The notes beneath the pieces are model-generated. The model was not told the origin of the DNA and searched no databases. It saw only the letters and a program-made list of their open reading frames with translations. Position numbers and translations under genes: made by a program. This document shows, piece after piece, positions 1 through 13,882 of a stretch of 64,000 nucleotides of DNA. Source of the DNA: Eledone cirrhosa (lineage: Eukaryota); NCBI GenBank assembly GCA_964016885.1, contig OZ024742.1, positions 209,746,001 through 209,810,000 of the forward strand. The letters run 5' to 3'. The number at the start of each line of letters is the position of its first letter. Position 1 is the first letter of the stretch.

Positions 1-19
1 AAACATATCTATGTACATT

Positions 20-132
<113 letters not shown>

Positions 133-1222
133 TTATATGTATATATATATGTATGTATACACATGTAGAAATAGACAAATATATATACGTATATACACAC
201 ATGTAGAAATAGACATATATATATACGTATATACACCAATATCTGTACATGTGCCTCTGTGTATGTGTATGCTTAATGTATTTCGGTGTGTGTACATGTA
301 CGTTTATATAGAAGGAATGCAAGGAGAGACATTGATAAAATTTATTATAGCGTTTTCCATCAGTGTATAATAGGCTTCCTAGAATATTTAGTTGGTTATA
401 AATATACTTCCATACACACATATCTTCTCAGATCAGAATATCAATACACACTTACGCGCAAACACACAGAAACTAACTTTCATATTATACATATAATATA
501 TATATACATACATATACTATATAAAATTAACGAAGATCGCTGGTATTAATTCAACGGACCCGGCCAACGTCTAGCTCAGTCAATGTATTTGTTGAATTGC
601 AGTAATGGAGCTGCAGTCAGCTGTTCAGAGTGTACACATTTAGTTTTAGCAGATTCAGTGGCGGTGTTTAGGTAGAGAGAAAGGTGAAATTCTCATCCCT
701 ATACATATATATGTATGTGTGTGTGTGAGTATATATATGTGTGTGTGTGTGTGTATGTGGATGCGTGTGGGTGTGGGCGTATGTGTGTGTGTGGGGGGGG
801 GTGTAGCGAAGCCTCAACATATTTTTTCCCCGATGGTTTTCTTAGCCTCCTACATTTGACTACTAAATGACTGACTTGTGAATAAAGAGTCAACAACCTA
901 GATAATATTCTCCTGTAGGTGGCTCAGAGCATCAAGGTGTCCGAAAACAAAAACAGTTGAAATCGTCATCGATTTAATGTTTGGAGAAACCTAAATCTTA
1001 TATATAAGAGATTTCGACCCAAAATATAGTCTTCTTTTCGACTCCGCAAAATATAGTCTGCTTCCCGACTCAACAGCGGATAGCTGATGGGATCTGCACT
1101 AGTTTAGATTGCTACCAACGCAGGTTAGTAAATATTACTACCATGGTATTCTACATTTGCTCACATAACACTGCTTCTATACTTACATCGTTTTACTTTG
1201 CTCATTGCTGCACATGATTCTG

Positions 1223-1727
1223 AAGTAAGTCATCTATCTAAGGCGGGTAAAATTCCCGAGATCCATGGACGAGTTCTCTCCAGCGGTCTCTGTCCCTCAT
1301 TATCGCTGCCATGTCCTGCGTCTCCAACAGACCAGTGTCTGTCCTTAGGGCATCAACATACGTTAACCTTGGTCTTCCTCTTCTAGTGTATCCATGTAGG
1401 GGCTCCCAAAGGAGCACTGAGTGCAATGTCAACTCTGGATGTCGGTGAGCATGTCCAGCTAACCTCAGTCTCCTCTGTGTCACTTTTGAGCTGACTTTTG
1501 GGATGCTCCCATACAGCTCTGAGTTTTTCATCCTCAGCTTGAGATCGGTGTGGAAGTCGGACCTTCGTAGAGACCTGAAAGTCCGCCTCTTCATTGCTGT
1601 AGTGGAGTCTGTGCTGCTGTATGGGTCTGAGACTTGGACACTGACCAAGAAACTCACTCAGATGGTGGATGGGTGCTACACGAGAATGCTGAGGATGGCT
1701 CTGAACATTAATCAGTAAGTAAGTCAT
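1223..1727 (-). mobile_element. 5'-truncated, 5'-inverted RTE-clade LINE with an 11-bp TSD
   Basis: Minus strand 1540-1238 encodes the RT C-terminus (KLRMKNSELYG...RRLRLAGH...RRGRPRLTYVD...DRDRWRELV). Plus strand ~1536-1716 encodes the segment directly upstream (VESVLLYGSETWTLTKK...YTRMLRMALNINQ). AAGTAAGTCAT occurs at 1223-1233 and 1717-1727. Confidence 0.9.
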
Positions 1728-3291
1728 GTTAGAAATAAAAACATCTAAATTAATGGAGTCTTGTTCATTTGTTAATTCTCATCCATGTGATTTGTGAAAA
1801 TCATCTTCCCCACAGTAATATCACATCACACCACAACAAGCAAGTACAACTACGTGTTTCCTCAAACATGGCAAAACTTCTCTCGACTCCCTGATACATA
1901 CTTCACTTACTCACTTGCAATTACTCAACCAACAAGCTACTTACTCATCATCTCGCATTTCATCACTACCACTACAAATGAAAAAAATCTATCAGGCAAC
2001 CAACTTAACCAAACCAACATTTATCAACACCCCCTCTAAATATATATGTATGTACAGACGCATATATATATATGCATACATCCATATAAATACACATACA
2101 AACATACATACAGAGAGACGACGGACAAACAGGCATGAACTCTTTCAATTAGTAGAAAAAGGATGGTTTCCTTAGCTTAAAAGATTATGGAACAATTCCC
2201 GTCAGAATGAAACCTCCTTGCAGATACGCATGTAAGTTATATGTTGCAAAATCAATGGTAAAGTTTTTAATCGTCAGTATTGATTAAACCAGCGGCTGTC
2301 ATGTCTCCTATAATAGAATATCGACGAAAACGTTGTAAACGGGGAGGGATTTACTTCTAAAAGTATATCTTCACATTCCTGGTCACGCGACAAGTCTGAG
2401 TTCAAAGAAGAATTGGCAAAGGACTCTACGAACTTGAAAAGAGAAGAAATTAAAAGGAAATTGAATAAAAGGAAACACGTATAAAGAATGACATCATTAA
2501 ATACATGACTTAGATGAGAAAAACATGTCTTTTTTTCTTCTCGAAATTGTAGTGGTGGTGGTGGTTAATAAGTGGCGGTTATTGTAGCAAGTTATTCGCA
2601 GTTTGGTAGTCATCATTTCTGGCTGTGTTGATGTGGGGTTTGTGTGGTGTGGATATGACGAAACGGTCCTTGACAATATTGCAAAAAGATATATATAAAA
2701 AATGGAGGAAGAAGGTGTGTGCTTCTGTATGGGCGAGTGCGTGCGTGTGTGGGGTTGATTTTAGTGATGGAAATTGATTGAAGGAAGACAGTTTTGTAGT
2801 TTGGGGAAAGGTGACAAAGAATGAGGCAATCAATGAAGTATATACGTTTGGGTTTGGTAATTCTATGCGTGTATGTAATATAAAGTGATATAGAGATATA
2901 GATAAAAATTGTCTATTATGTTTGTGTGTAGATAGATGTAGTAGTGTGTGTGTGTGTGTGTCTGCATAAGAGAAATGACCAGAAAAATATGCGTATCTGT
3001 ATGTGGGTTAGTTATAAAAGAACTACAAAGGTATGTTTTTGAGAAAGAGTCTGCATATGAGAAAGTGATATATACTGTGTGTGTGTGTAAGTGCGTGTGT
3101 GAGTAAATGGGTGAGAAAGCGACAAACAGTATGTGTTTGCGTGCGTATTTTGTTAACACCAGAGTTCAAAGTAAACTATTTCAAAGTAGAGAAGATAGCA
3201 ACTATTTGTATAAGGGAGGGAGAATACAGTAATAAGAGAAGCCAACTCTATTACATAAACATATAAACACGCACACTCACATACGGATATG

Positions 3292-3409
<118 letters not shown>

Positions 3410-3567
3410 TAAATTCAGCGAGATCGTATTTCGGCGGTGGCCAAAACAAAACGAAACGCAATCCTCGAGATGAGCCGGCAAGCGCTCAATGGACTAAGAA
3501 GAAACCAAAACAATTAACATGTGTTATAAAGGCCAGATAAAATGAAAACAGTGGTTGTGAAGTTAAC

Positions 3568-3615
<48 letters not shown>

Positions 3616-3618
<3 letters not shown>

Positions 3619-4127
3619 AATGAAGCAACGGAGTAAAGGACTCGCGTTGTTCCCTGTATTATAATGAGCTCAAGGAAAGTTTTCCGGGCTCTTCAAAATA
3701 TATAGGAAAGAATACATGAAAAGAACATGCTTTTTCATTACAGGGTATTTTTACCACCAGAGTGAAAGACATATTGTGTAAGGTACGAGAAAAACATTAT
3801 AATCAAACAGACTAATAAATTTAAAAGCACGTATTTCTCTTACCACGTGCTGAAGACTAGTTTCTAACTTAACATTAGACGCGCAAGTCACATAATCTGA
3901 AACTCCTGCTTAAAAACTATGGATAACGTGATCTTTGCTGCGAATTAGCGAAACAATCTTACATGGACTGTACAGGTGTGATAGTTATTGAGGTACTCTT
4001 TTGAATTTATTAATCTGTTTGATTATAATGTTTTTCTCGTACCTTACACAGTTTGTCTTTCACTCTGGTGGTAAAAATAGCCTGTAATGAAAAAGCATGT
4101 TCTTTTCATGTGTTCTCTTCTATATAT
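3616..4127. mobile_element. Back-to-back inverted Penelope pLTR/retrozyme-like insertion in (TA)n
   Basis: About 130-bp inverted arms (~3698-3830 and ~3993-4127) flank a hammerhead-like motif, with (TA)n outside. Confidence 0.75.
3844..3978 (+). ncRNA. Type I hammerhead ribozyme, slightly degenerate, with long stem II
   Basis: CACGTG-CTGAAGA-CTAG...TTAG-C-GAAA-CAATC ttacat GGACTG-TA^-CAGGTG. Stems I and III each have one mismatch. Confidence 0.6.
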
Positions 4128-4752
4128 TTATATATATGCTTGCGTTTAGGGTGGTCTCTCAATGCATGTAAATAGAACACTAGATGCATCTATATTTATG
4201 CGTGTATGTATGTGTGTGTATATGTGTGTATGTGTGTATGTGTGTATATGTGTGGTTAGATTGATAGATAAGTGTGTAGACCGATGTATAAAAGAATGAA
4301 GAAGAAGCATTGATTGCGAATAATTGGTAAGAAATAAAGAAAGTAGCAAAAAGGAATAGAAAGAACGAGAATAAGAAAGGAAATGAAAAAATATATAGTG
4401 GAGGAAATGAAGAAGGCGTAAAGCTGGATCAAGAACATATAACATGGGGAGAGGTTTAGAGATATAAATTGTGAGCAATGTTTAGAAAGGGGGAGACATG
4501 GAAGGGATGTGAATTGGAGGAAGAAGTTAGAAAGTACCTCTAGCGATGAAGGTAGAATTTGTTTAATCAAGTGGGGAAGCACAGTGTGCTTAAATCAGAG
4601 ATATGATCCGAATGCGAGCAATAAAGTACGCTCAACCAGAGTAATGGATTAGATCTACTACCGAAGTATACCACAGTGTTATTTCAACGGAAAACGCAGA
4701 AGCCAGGACAAATACACAAAGACCTTTAATGCGAAGGCTCTATCATGTCCAC

Positions 4753-4833
4753 CAGTACAGTGCCCTGTACTTATGCTTTATTTTAACGACCCCCAAAGGA
4801 TGAAAGATAAAGTTGGCCTCGGTCGGATTTGAC
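4753..4833 (-). mobile_element. Partial tRNA-derived SINE (family A)
   Basis: Matches the core (aaatccg.ccgagg.caact..cctttcatcc...ggggtcg.taaaataaa) of the copies at 11180, 23515 and 55072. Confidence 0.65.
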
Positions 4834-6891
4834 TGCCAATATGTCACAAAAATCAGAGAGAGAGAAATGTAATGTCGTAGATGAAAAGGGAAGAAATGGA
4901 AGTGAAAGGACAAAGATGTATTGGCTGGCAGTAACAAATAAGAGAGAGAAAATCATTTATGAAAGTGACTTTATATGTGTTTAGGAATATGCTAGGTGAA
5001 ACGACTCCTGATACTTCAGTCAGAGCGTGTAGTTAAAAATATCATAATCATATAATTGAAATCTATACATAGGGTGTGGGCATGTACGATCATTCCAACT
5101 GACTCATATAAAAATGAAAGATTTAGATAAATATCAATTTTGTTATTCAAATTCATTTATAGGATAAGGACCCAAGAGAATAACAGTTCTAACACGGCCG
5201 CGTGTTTAGTTCATGGTTTAAATGTGACACAGACGTGCTTGACAGTGAAAAGTGTGGAGGAATAGAAGAGGTAGGTCATTTGTTAGTTATGAGGTATGCA
5301 GACTGTTATCGTAGTATTAAAAGAGGCAAGTGGGTGAAACAAAGTATGTGTGAGCTAGTGGTCAGGGCGTATTTCTGAGCAAAGATGGCCTTATGCTGAA
5401 TGCGGTCTGTGGTGCTTATTGATGCTGCAGTACAACCGTTCTAGATTTGTGAACAGTATCCCAACATAGTTAATTATCTTTCACATATTGATTATATATT
5501 TCTGTATTCTGGATATTTATGTGTTTTCTTTACGCTTTATTATCTCTGTTAATATCTTTCATATTGCCAAGATATTATTTGACAAGAGAAAATTAAACGT
5601 TTACTTGCTAGAATGATATCTCATCATTTTCAATATATTCTATCCCTAAATAATTAGTCGCTACAGGTTTCTTTGGCATGATAAGCCCTATCGTCAAGCT
5701 GTAATCTTGAGAGTAGAATATTTCTTTCTTTGATTTTTCTATATCCATTAAGAGTATAACTTCAAGAAACAAAAAAGAGATTTATACCCAAGATATATTT
5801 TATTACTGAGAAATTTTATTTTTATGATTTGTTACCGTTTATGTATTTATTGTGTTGTTGTAGCTATTAATGATGCTGTCATTGGTAATGTTTGTACTCT
5901 TTAGCCTCGGTTAAGCCTTTAATAAGTGACCACCATGCCTTTTCGTCTTACTTTATATCTTTACTTTCAGTTTCTAAATACGTTTTGCTTTAAATCGATA
6001 GAGCACCATTCAGAGATTTGATTGCAATTTCTGGGTGGTTTAGTGATTGCAGTTGTCCAACCATTTTATAATCTACATTTTCCCCTTGAAAGGAAGTTCA
6101 TATAATTTAATTCAAGCAACACATGTTTTATTGTTATTGTTTAACAATATAAGACTCTGTGATACCCACGTGTTCACACACGTGAGTAAGACCAACCGAG
6201 GGACCGTCCCTGTTCTTGTATAATAGACTTCATCTGTTTAAAATTTCCACATTACCCATTGGGGAAAGCATTCAATGCAAGTCTCCGGTTTGAGGATAAC
6301 TTCTTATTGGTCTTGAAGAACCTTAAAAATGCTGAGGGTGCAGCCCTGTTTCCATTAAAAAAAAATCTATGAAGTTAAGTCCAAATACAACCTAGATTTT
6401 CAACTATTTAATTGCTGAGTATTTTTTTTTTTTTTTTTTTTTTTTTTTACGAATAAGACGAGATAGTATCCATAGTCTCTGGACATCTTGATTGACTGAT
6501 ATTTAGCATAAGCTTCTACATGTCGATATCAGTAACAAAGTTATGACTAGTGAAGATGTTTCAGAGAGTTGCTATTCCATGGGAGAAAAATTGCTAAGTA
6601 CTGTGTTGTTTATCCGTGAGAGTTGCCTAATAACTTCTCTTTGATAAATGGGTGTAAGCAGGTAAGAGCACTCCACGACAGTTGCACTTATCCATCTTAA
6701 AGGTGGTGATCATACGTATGTATGAAATAAGCGTTAAGACAGAAGTTACATAATCATAATTATTAATTATACGTATTTCTGTGTCACCGGCATGGAGGTA
6801 TTGTAACAATTGCACAAAAGCTTCATGGTGCTGTCGCAAAGATATATATAATTAATAAATATGATTATGTAACTTCTGCCTTGAAGTTTGT

Positions 6892-6974
<83 letters not shown>

Positions 6975-6977
<3 letters not shown>

Positions 6978-7105
6978 GGGGGGGTAAAATACCAGGTGGA
7001 CCATAACGCACCAGAGTACTCGATACTTGGGGTAGTAGAGTGGGAAATATGAAAAGATTCTGAACCCCGACGGCTGAGCTCCGGCCGTTTCGACAGCTAG
7101 ATCCG

Positions 7106-7110
<5 letters not shown>
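6975..7110 (-). mobile_element. Short Penelope pLTR-derived repeat ('ccccgacggc' family)
   Basis: Homologous to copies at 9804, 17150, 35303, 37575 and 38110. Lies between (AG)n and (TA)n. Confidence 0.75.
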
Positions 7111-7141
<31 letters not shown>

Positions 7142-7988
7142 TCATATAAATGTCGACTTGAATTCTTAACAGACAACAGATCAGCATTTATGACTGAAGG
7201 TATTATCCTGACCATAAATATTACAATTTTTTATACATTATTAGACAATTTTTTATACATTATTATATCCTGATATATGTATGAATACTTCACAGAGAAG
7301 AACCCAAATAAGGCTACATCACTTGTATGAATACCGATGATTACATTTGATGTTGACGTGCAGTACCTAGATAAACCGTTGCACCTGAATCCGTTGGTGA
7401 TATCTATTTCTTATGAAATGTTTTATTTATGCTTTGACTGATTACTGAGAAGTAATGCTGCTAGGCCGAAATTGATTACCGTTAAATTATTACATGGACA
7501 ATATATCGTGCCATTATTTTTTATTACTTGTACATTTTATCACACCATTATTTCGCATATAAGCTAGGCAATATGTATTTACCGTTAGCTCATTATAATT
7601 GCTGTATCTCTAAATGGGTACCTAAGTTAAGTACGGTATATTTCGGTGACCTGAAATCATGATAATAAAAGGCTGCCTACTGTTTGCAGTCGTAAACACA
7701 ACTATGGATAGCAAAACATCTTTGTTGAAATGCATTAGCGATATGTTATTACTATCGATTTTGTAACGTCCTATTTTTTAAATTGAAATACTTATCTACT
7801 GATGTATACGGCCTTCTTCGTGTGTTCTGCCACTAGGAATTATATATTTATATATATCAATACGTCAGGATTATTGCAGTAATTCATTGTTTTGTTTTTA
7901 TTCAATTAGCGTCCATTTACGTTTCTGATTATTAACAGGGCATTTTCGATTATCGCATGAATTTCAGCCCTTCGAAGGTAATGTCCAT

Positions 7989-8054
<66 letters not shown>

Positions 8055-8055
<1 letters not shown>

Positions 8056-9746
8056 TAGCAGTAAAGCCTGGCGTTGCTCGGGGCTGCTCAGTAGCTGTGT
8101 TAAAGTTACAATGTTAAGTTCCTTTCTAGGCTTAAAAACTGTAGAGTCTACAGTGTAGACTTTCATGTGGTACTTTTGATTAACATTCCCTCAACCAACA
8201 GTACGCCCTATGAAGTTAAGAAAACATAACCATAACCCGAACGTTAAAACAAAAGAGGATGCTGGGGATAAAAACTGCATTGGTAATCTATTAACAAAAA
8301 TCAAAAATGTAGGCACTGCAACAGTTGTCTATGAGAAAAACATCGATGTATTCAACATCGATGCAGTGTATTGTATTGACACCTAGGCCTCTAGGGACCA
8401 GCATTGCTCGCAAATCAAAGCGGACTCTGAAATCGATGCTTTCGATTGTTAAGGACGCCCCTCCAGTCGCTGAAAAGTCCGGTGTTTAATACATAGACAC
8501 ACACAACTTGGCGCATACATACAAAAATTGTTCCCGTCATTTCTTTCATTGTTTCAATATGCATTCCGACCTAGACAACACGCAACAACAGCATTTCTTC
8601 TGCGCTGAAGTAAACTTTTGTCATCATTCTCAATTGAATGTGAAGATGCAATGGAAGCAGCATTTCTGTTTTGTTGATTTCAGCGATTCTTTTTGGTGAA
8701 TATGGCTTTTGCTGCAGCTGTCCATTTCGCATGCTGTGGCTGTCTAATATCTGCCCGCCAAACTCACCATAGGTATGTGGTGAGCTCTTCATAATTCATA
8801 CTTAAACATCTACGCTATCACATTGTCAATATTTTTTATCACAGGTGCGAACCTCTTTGATGCTGCCTGCCCCCTCGACTTCGGATAACGCATTTTTTTT
8901 TTTTGTTTTTCATGTCCATCCAATTTCTTTGTTTCAAAATAACTGATAGTTTGGTTACGCTGATGTTTTTCTCTGAGACAACTGTTGCAGTGTCTACATT
9001 TTCCATTTTTGTTAATAGATTACCAGCGCAGTTTTTATCCCCAGCATCCTCTTTTGTTTTAACATTCGAGTTATGGTTATGTTTTCTTAACTTCATAGGG
9101 CGTACTGTTGGTTGAGGGAATGTTAATCAGAAGTACCACATGAAAGTCTACACTGTAGACTCTACAGTTTTTAAGCCAAGAAACAAACTTAACATTGTAA
9201 CTTTAACACAGCTACTGAGCAGCCCGAGCAACACCGGCCTTTACTGCTAGTTGCTTCTAAATGAAAATCTCATAAGGCTTTATTCGAGATCAATGCTTTT
9301 TTTACAAAATATTTGCTTGTTTTACGGTGTATTTAAATGGGCTTGTTTTCAAGTAAAAATATTGTTTTAAGACTTTTTAATGGAAATTAAGCAAAATGGA
9401 AGCTTAATGTTGAAACTTCGAAGGTTAAAATTTTGCTGGCCCAAAAACTTTTCATCTATGTTTGTACTTTTGCATGCGTCGTTTATTCGTAACGTAAATA
9501 GATAAACAAGGGAAATAAATCGTCTCTCATCTCTATTTATACATTTGAACTGAAAAATCAATACATTACAAATTCGATTTTTGCGCTTGGCGTGGTCGAT
9601 TTGAAAATCTTTTTCACCGATGTCTCCGCCGGACCTTCATCTATAAGTGTAGCAATTTCACAGAAATTTGAACGTACGTTTTAGGAGGAGATGTGTGCCG
9701 ACCGTTTTAGTAGACAGACACACAGACAGTCAGAGAAACAACCTCA

Positions 9747-9760
<14 letters not shown>
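8055..9760 (-). mobile_element. Non-autonomous Helitron with an internal inverted copy of its 3' end
   Basis: The minus-strand 3' end is a GC-rich hairpin plus CTAG (8055-8082). The 5' end is TATATAAAA followed by a (TGTC)-type microsatellite (~9713-9760). 8055-8345 is repeated inverted at 8961-9250. Confidence 0.7.
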
Positions 9761-9803
<43 letters not shown>

Positions 9804-9807
<4 letters not shown>

Positions 9808-10000
9808 ATGTTTAACCCCGACGTCAGAGCTCAAACCATTTCGACGGCTATTTCTGGACTATTTTAGTCCAGAAATAGCCGTCGAAACGGCTTGAGCTCT
9901 GCCGTCGGGGTTAAACATTTTCCTATTACCCACTCTACTACACTAAGTATTGAGTACTCTGGTGCGTTATGGTCCATCTGGTTCCTTACCACACCTCCTA
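9804..10000. mobile_element. 'ccccgacggc' family copy, palindromic (back-to-back arms)
   Basis: Arms centre on GACGGCTATTTCTGGAC-tatttta-GTCCAGAAATAGCCGTC and carry the HHR 3' half GAAAC-GGC..GCC-GTC^GGGGT. Confidence 0.8.
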
Positions 10001-11179
10001 TCCAAATTTATCCTGTTTATTGTCCGCTTTTTCCTGATTATCGAAATAAAGGCACGCCAACGCAACCTTTTAAGGAACGAGTCCGTTTTCTGTATCAAGA
10101 GTTTTAGGTATGTCTTCCTGCTTGGTACTGGTATGTTTTTTTGTAAAAATATTCAGATGTTGTTTCAGCATGATGAATATAAGTCAATAGATTCTCAAAC
10201 GAGGGAGCCAAATAGTAATAATAATAAATTTGAAGACTAAAATCCAAAGAGGGCTCGATAAGGATAAATATATATCAAATATATAAGAACCCTAGAGCAA
10301 ATATTTATTAAAATAACAGATTAATGTTTAAGCAAAGAATCGCTGCTTTCACCCTTAACGGAATCTTCTGAAACAAAAAAAAATCATTCTGTGAACGCAG
10401 AAGTAAATATTTCGAATAACGATGTAACCGAAAGAAAACAGGAAGACGATACTTTGGTTCGTGAAGACGCTCCCTGGCAATGAACGGAAAAAAGCGAAGA
10501 TAATACGTCATTATGTGGAGCGGTGAGAACAATAACACGCAAAGACAAAACCACGTTCATGGTATAAATGAAGTCGTAGACTAATATTCTATTTAGGAAA
10601 CGGAATGATTCTCGGCTTCAGAATTAAGAATAATGTAAATAAATTAGTAGAACGAAAATGACAGAGCTTATTGAAATCAACAATAATTAAATATATACAT
10701 ACACGCATCCATATACGCACATACACAAGCATACACGAAAACGCCCGCCATGGTATGCATATACAAGCACATTCACATAAACACGCGCGCACATACATGA
10801 ACCCGCGCGCCACCTGTACCCGCACACATACGAACGTATACACCAAATACACATAAAAAAAATATATATACATGTGTGTGTGTGTTTGTGTGTGTGTACA
10901 TATAATTATATAAACGTATATAAATATACACACATAAATACGTATCCTACCAGCATAACCAAGAACCTGGTAAGAAACGTTTCTTTGAGGCTTTCCTGTC
11001 TATCTACAATCGAGCATATTTTCATCAGGGGAAATGCTTCTTAATAAGGGAGAGAAAGATATTAGCTAATGGTGTGGCCACCTCTATATTATATGGTGGG
11101 TCTTCTTCTTTTCGTATCTTCGAATCATGTGATTATATGACAGTTTCCCATTTCTTTACACAGTCCTTTGCATTATTAT

Positions 11180-11372
11180 TGGATTGACAGTATCGGTAGA
11201 GAGTCGGACGCCATGCTTTGCAGCAAAGAGTTACGGCCCTTTATGGTCTGAGTTCAAATCCTGCCGAGGTTAACGTTGCCTTTCATCCTTATGGGGTCGA
11301 TGAAATAAAGTACCAGTAATGCACTGGGATAATTCCTGGCCTTGTGCCAAAAGTAGAAATAATTATTATTAC
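11180..11372 (+). mobile_element. tRNA-derived SINE (family A)
   Basis: B-box-like GAGTTCAAATCC, conserved body and (ATT)n tail. Five copies in the window. Confidence 0.8.
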
Positions 11373-12160
11373 ATTCTGCGAGATCTTTTAAGCTGCACTG
11401 GTTGGGTAGTAGAGGGCAAACAAGGCAGTGCTGCATCGTATGGTCCTCCTCTCCGCATTCGCAGATGGTTGGGCCGGTCTTGTAGCCCCATCTGGCCATA
11501 GCAGCTTTTGATCACCCCATTCCTGTTCTCATGCGGTTAAGTGTCTTCCACTGGACCCATGGCGCTTCTGAGCCAGTGGAGGGCTTCAGAAGGGGGGATT
11601 CCCATATCAATAGGAGAGGACTCATTCTCTAGCTTTCTAGTCCATAGCTGTAGTCTGGCTTCTTCCTGAGATGTTGTTAGGGGCTGCACATAGCTGAGGA
11701 AGCTTCTCCTTGACTTCACTTGTTGAGCTGGAGGTTCAGGTCCGTGAAGGAGGTGGCGTTCATCACTGATAGCCTTTGTGATCTCTACTCGACTGGCAGC
11801 TTCCCGTCTCACATCTGCAGAGGCAATGCCACCGAGGAGATGCAGGTTGTTCGGGTTGATAGGCTTCAGGCAACCAGTGATCAAACGGCAGGTGTTGTTC
11901 AACGCTGCGTCTAGTTTACTGGCATGGGTTGATCTCTCCCAAACATGACACGCGTACTCCGCAGAGGAATAACACAGAGCCAAGGCAGTACATCTTAGTG
12001 TGTGTGCTGTGGCTCCCCATTTGGAGTTGGTCAGTTTCCGTAGGATGTTGTTCTGGGAGCTGACTTTCAATTTGGTGTTTTTGATGTGTTCCTTGAATGA
12101 GAGGGTGTGGTCCAGAGTTACGCCAAAATAGACAGGATTGGTGCTGTCTCAAGTGGTGCT
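11372..12160 (-). pseudogene. Non-LTR retrotransposon RT C-terminal fragment (Vingi/Ingi-like)
   Basis: WGATAHTLRCTALALCYSSAEYACHVWERSTH...RLITGCLKP plus the C-terminal CECG...H...CP motif. Frameshifted. Confidence 0.8.
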
Positions 12161-13332
12161 CCTAACCATGTTATGTTAAGAGGTCGGCTCCTGATATACA
12201 TTATGCCATATAATGCGTCGGGATCTATTTTTCCTTGGTCTATGCTCATACTTAGTATATGCTACCTTATCGACAAATCAACTCCGAGCAAGAGCTTCAT
12301 TAGCACCACATTATAACCTAACAGATAGTACGAACTATACGCGGATAATTTATGTCTTGATGTGGTAGCTAAGTATATTTTATGTTTATACCATTAGTTA
12401 TTTGTATAGGTAAGTATACCTTACCCGTATGTTTTGTGAAGGTACGTATACTTTCTCGTACGTATATTTGCTAATATTTGTTATTGGTGTATATATTATA
12501 TTATATATACTGTTACATGTGTATATGGTTAAGTGTATATGTGTATTTTGTGTTTGTGTGTGTATGCGTGTTTGCACGTATGTAAGGTGTGTATATGTGT
12601 ATTTTGGTTGACGTACGTTTAGTGAACATATGTGTATTTACCTGAACGTATGTGTGTGCGTGAGTTGTATACGTATTTATGTGTGTATATTTATATACGT
12701 TTATATAATTATATGTATATATACACCCACACACACACACATACATATTTATTTATGTGTAATTGGTGTGCGGGTACAGGTGTCGCGCGGGTTTATGTAT
12801 GTGTGCGCGTGTTTATGTGTACGTGCTTGTATATGCATACCATGGCGAGTGTTTTCGCGTATGCTTGTGTATGTACGTATATGGATGCATGTGTGTATAT
12901 ATTTAATTATTGTCGATTTCAATAAGCTCTGTCATTTTCGTTCTACTAATTTATTTACATTATTCTTAATTCTGAAGCCGAGAATCATTCGGTTTCCTAA
13001 ATAGAATATTAGTCTACCACTTCATTTGTACAATAAACGTGGTTTTGTCATTGCGGGTAATTGTTCTCACCGCTCCACATAATGACGTATTATCTTCGCT
13101 TTTTTCCGTTCATTGCCAGGGAACGTCTTCACGAACCAAAGTATCGTCTTCCTGTTTTCTTTCGGTTCCAACGTTATTCGAAATATTTACTTCTGCGTTC
13201 ACAGATTGATTTTTCTAGATTCAAAAGATCCCGTTAAAGGTGAAAGCAGCGATTCTTTGCTTAAACTTTAATCTGTTAATCTATTGTAAAACTATATTCA
13301 TTGAGTAATCAATGAACCATATTAATCTTTGG

Positions 13333-13402
<70 letters not shown>

Positions 13403-13499
13403 CTAGGGAGTGTAACTTGGAGTTATGCAGGTTCACCCGGGTGACCACTCGGTGTTTAGATTCACTTCTGTGTTGAGGTGTAGAGCTATACAGAGTGTA

Positions 13500-13882
13500 A
13501 TATATTGAAAGGATAACAAGGACGATTGGTTACTCCTTCATTACATATATTGGTAGGTGACGCGTGTTTCGCCACTGATCAGCTCAAGGTTCAATCTGTA
13601 TCGATCTTACTCTATAATCGGCAACTCGACGGACCCTTTAAAATAGTATTAGAAAATGAATACATGCCATATGATAAAGACAGACCAACATATGAACTTC
13701 TGTCTTTATCATATAGCATGTATTCATTTTCTAATAGCATTTTAAAGGGTCCGTCGAAATGCCGATTATAGAGTCGGTTAAGATCGATACAGATCGAACC
13801 TTGAGCTGATCAGTGGCGGAACGCGCGTCACCTACCAATAAATGTAATGAAGGAGTAACCAATCGTCCTTGTTATCCTTTCA

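Larger units (their letters stand above)
10197..13285. mobile_element. Large inverted-repeat element (~630-bp arms), probable decayed Penelope-like insertion with nested SINE and LINE
   Basis: ~10310-10945 is the reverse complement of ~12668-13278. Minus strand ~11090-11025 translates as NIEVATPLANIFLSLIKKHFP, resembling the Penelope RT C-terminal region. A related end fragment lies at 15546-15665. Confidence 0.65.

Noticed and set aside
10970-11032. CTGATGA...GAAAC on the minus strand
   Set aside because: No convincing stem I or stem II, and it abuts Penelope coding remnants.
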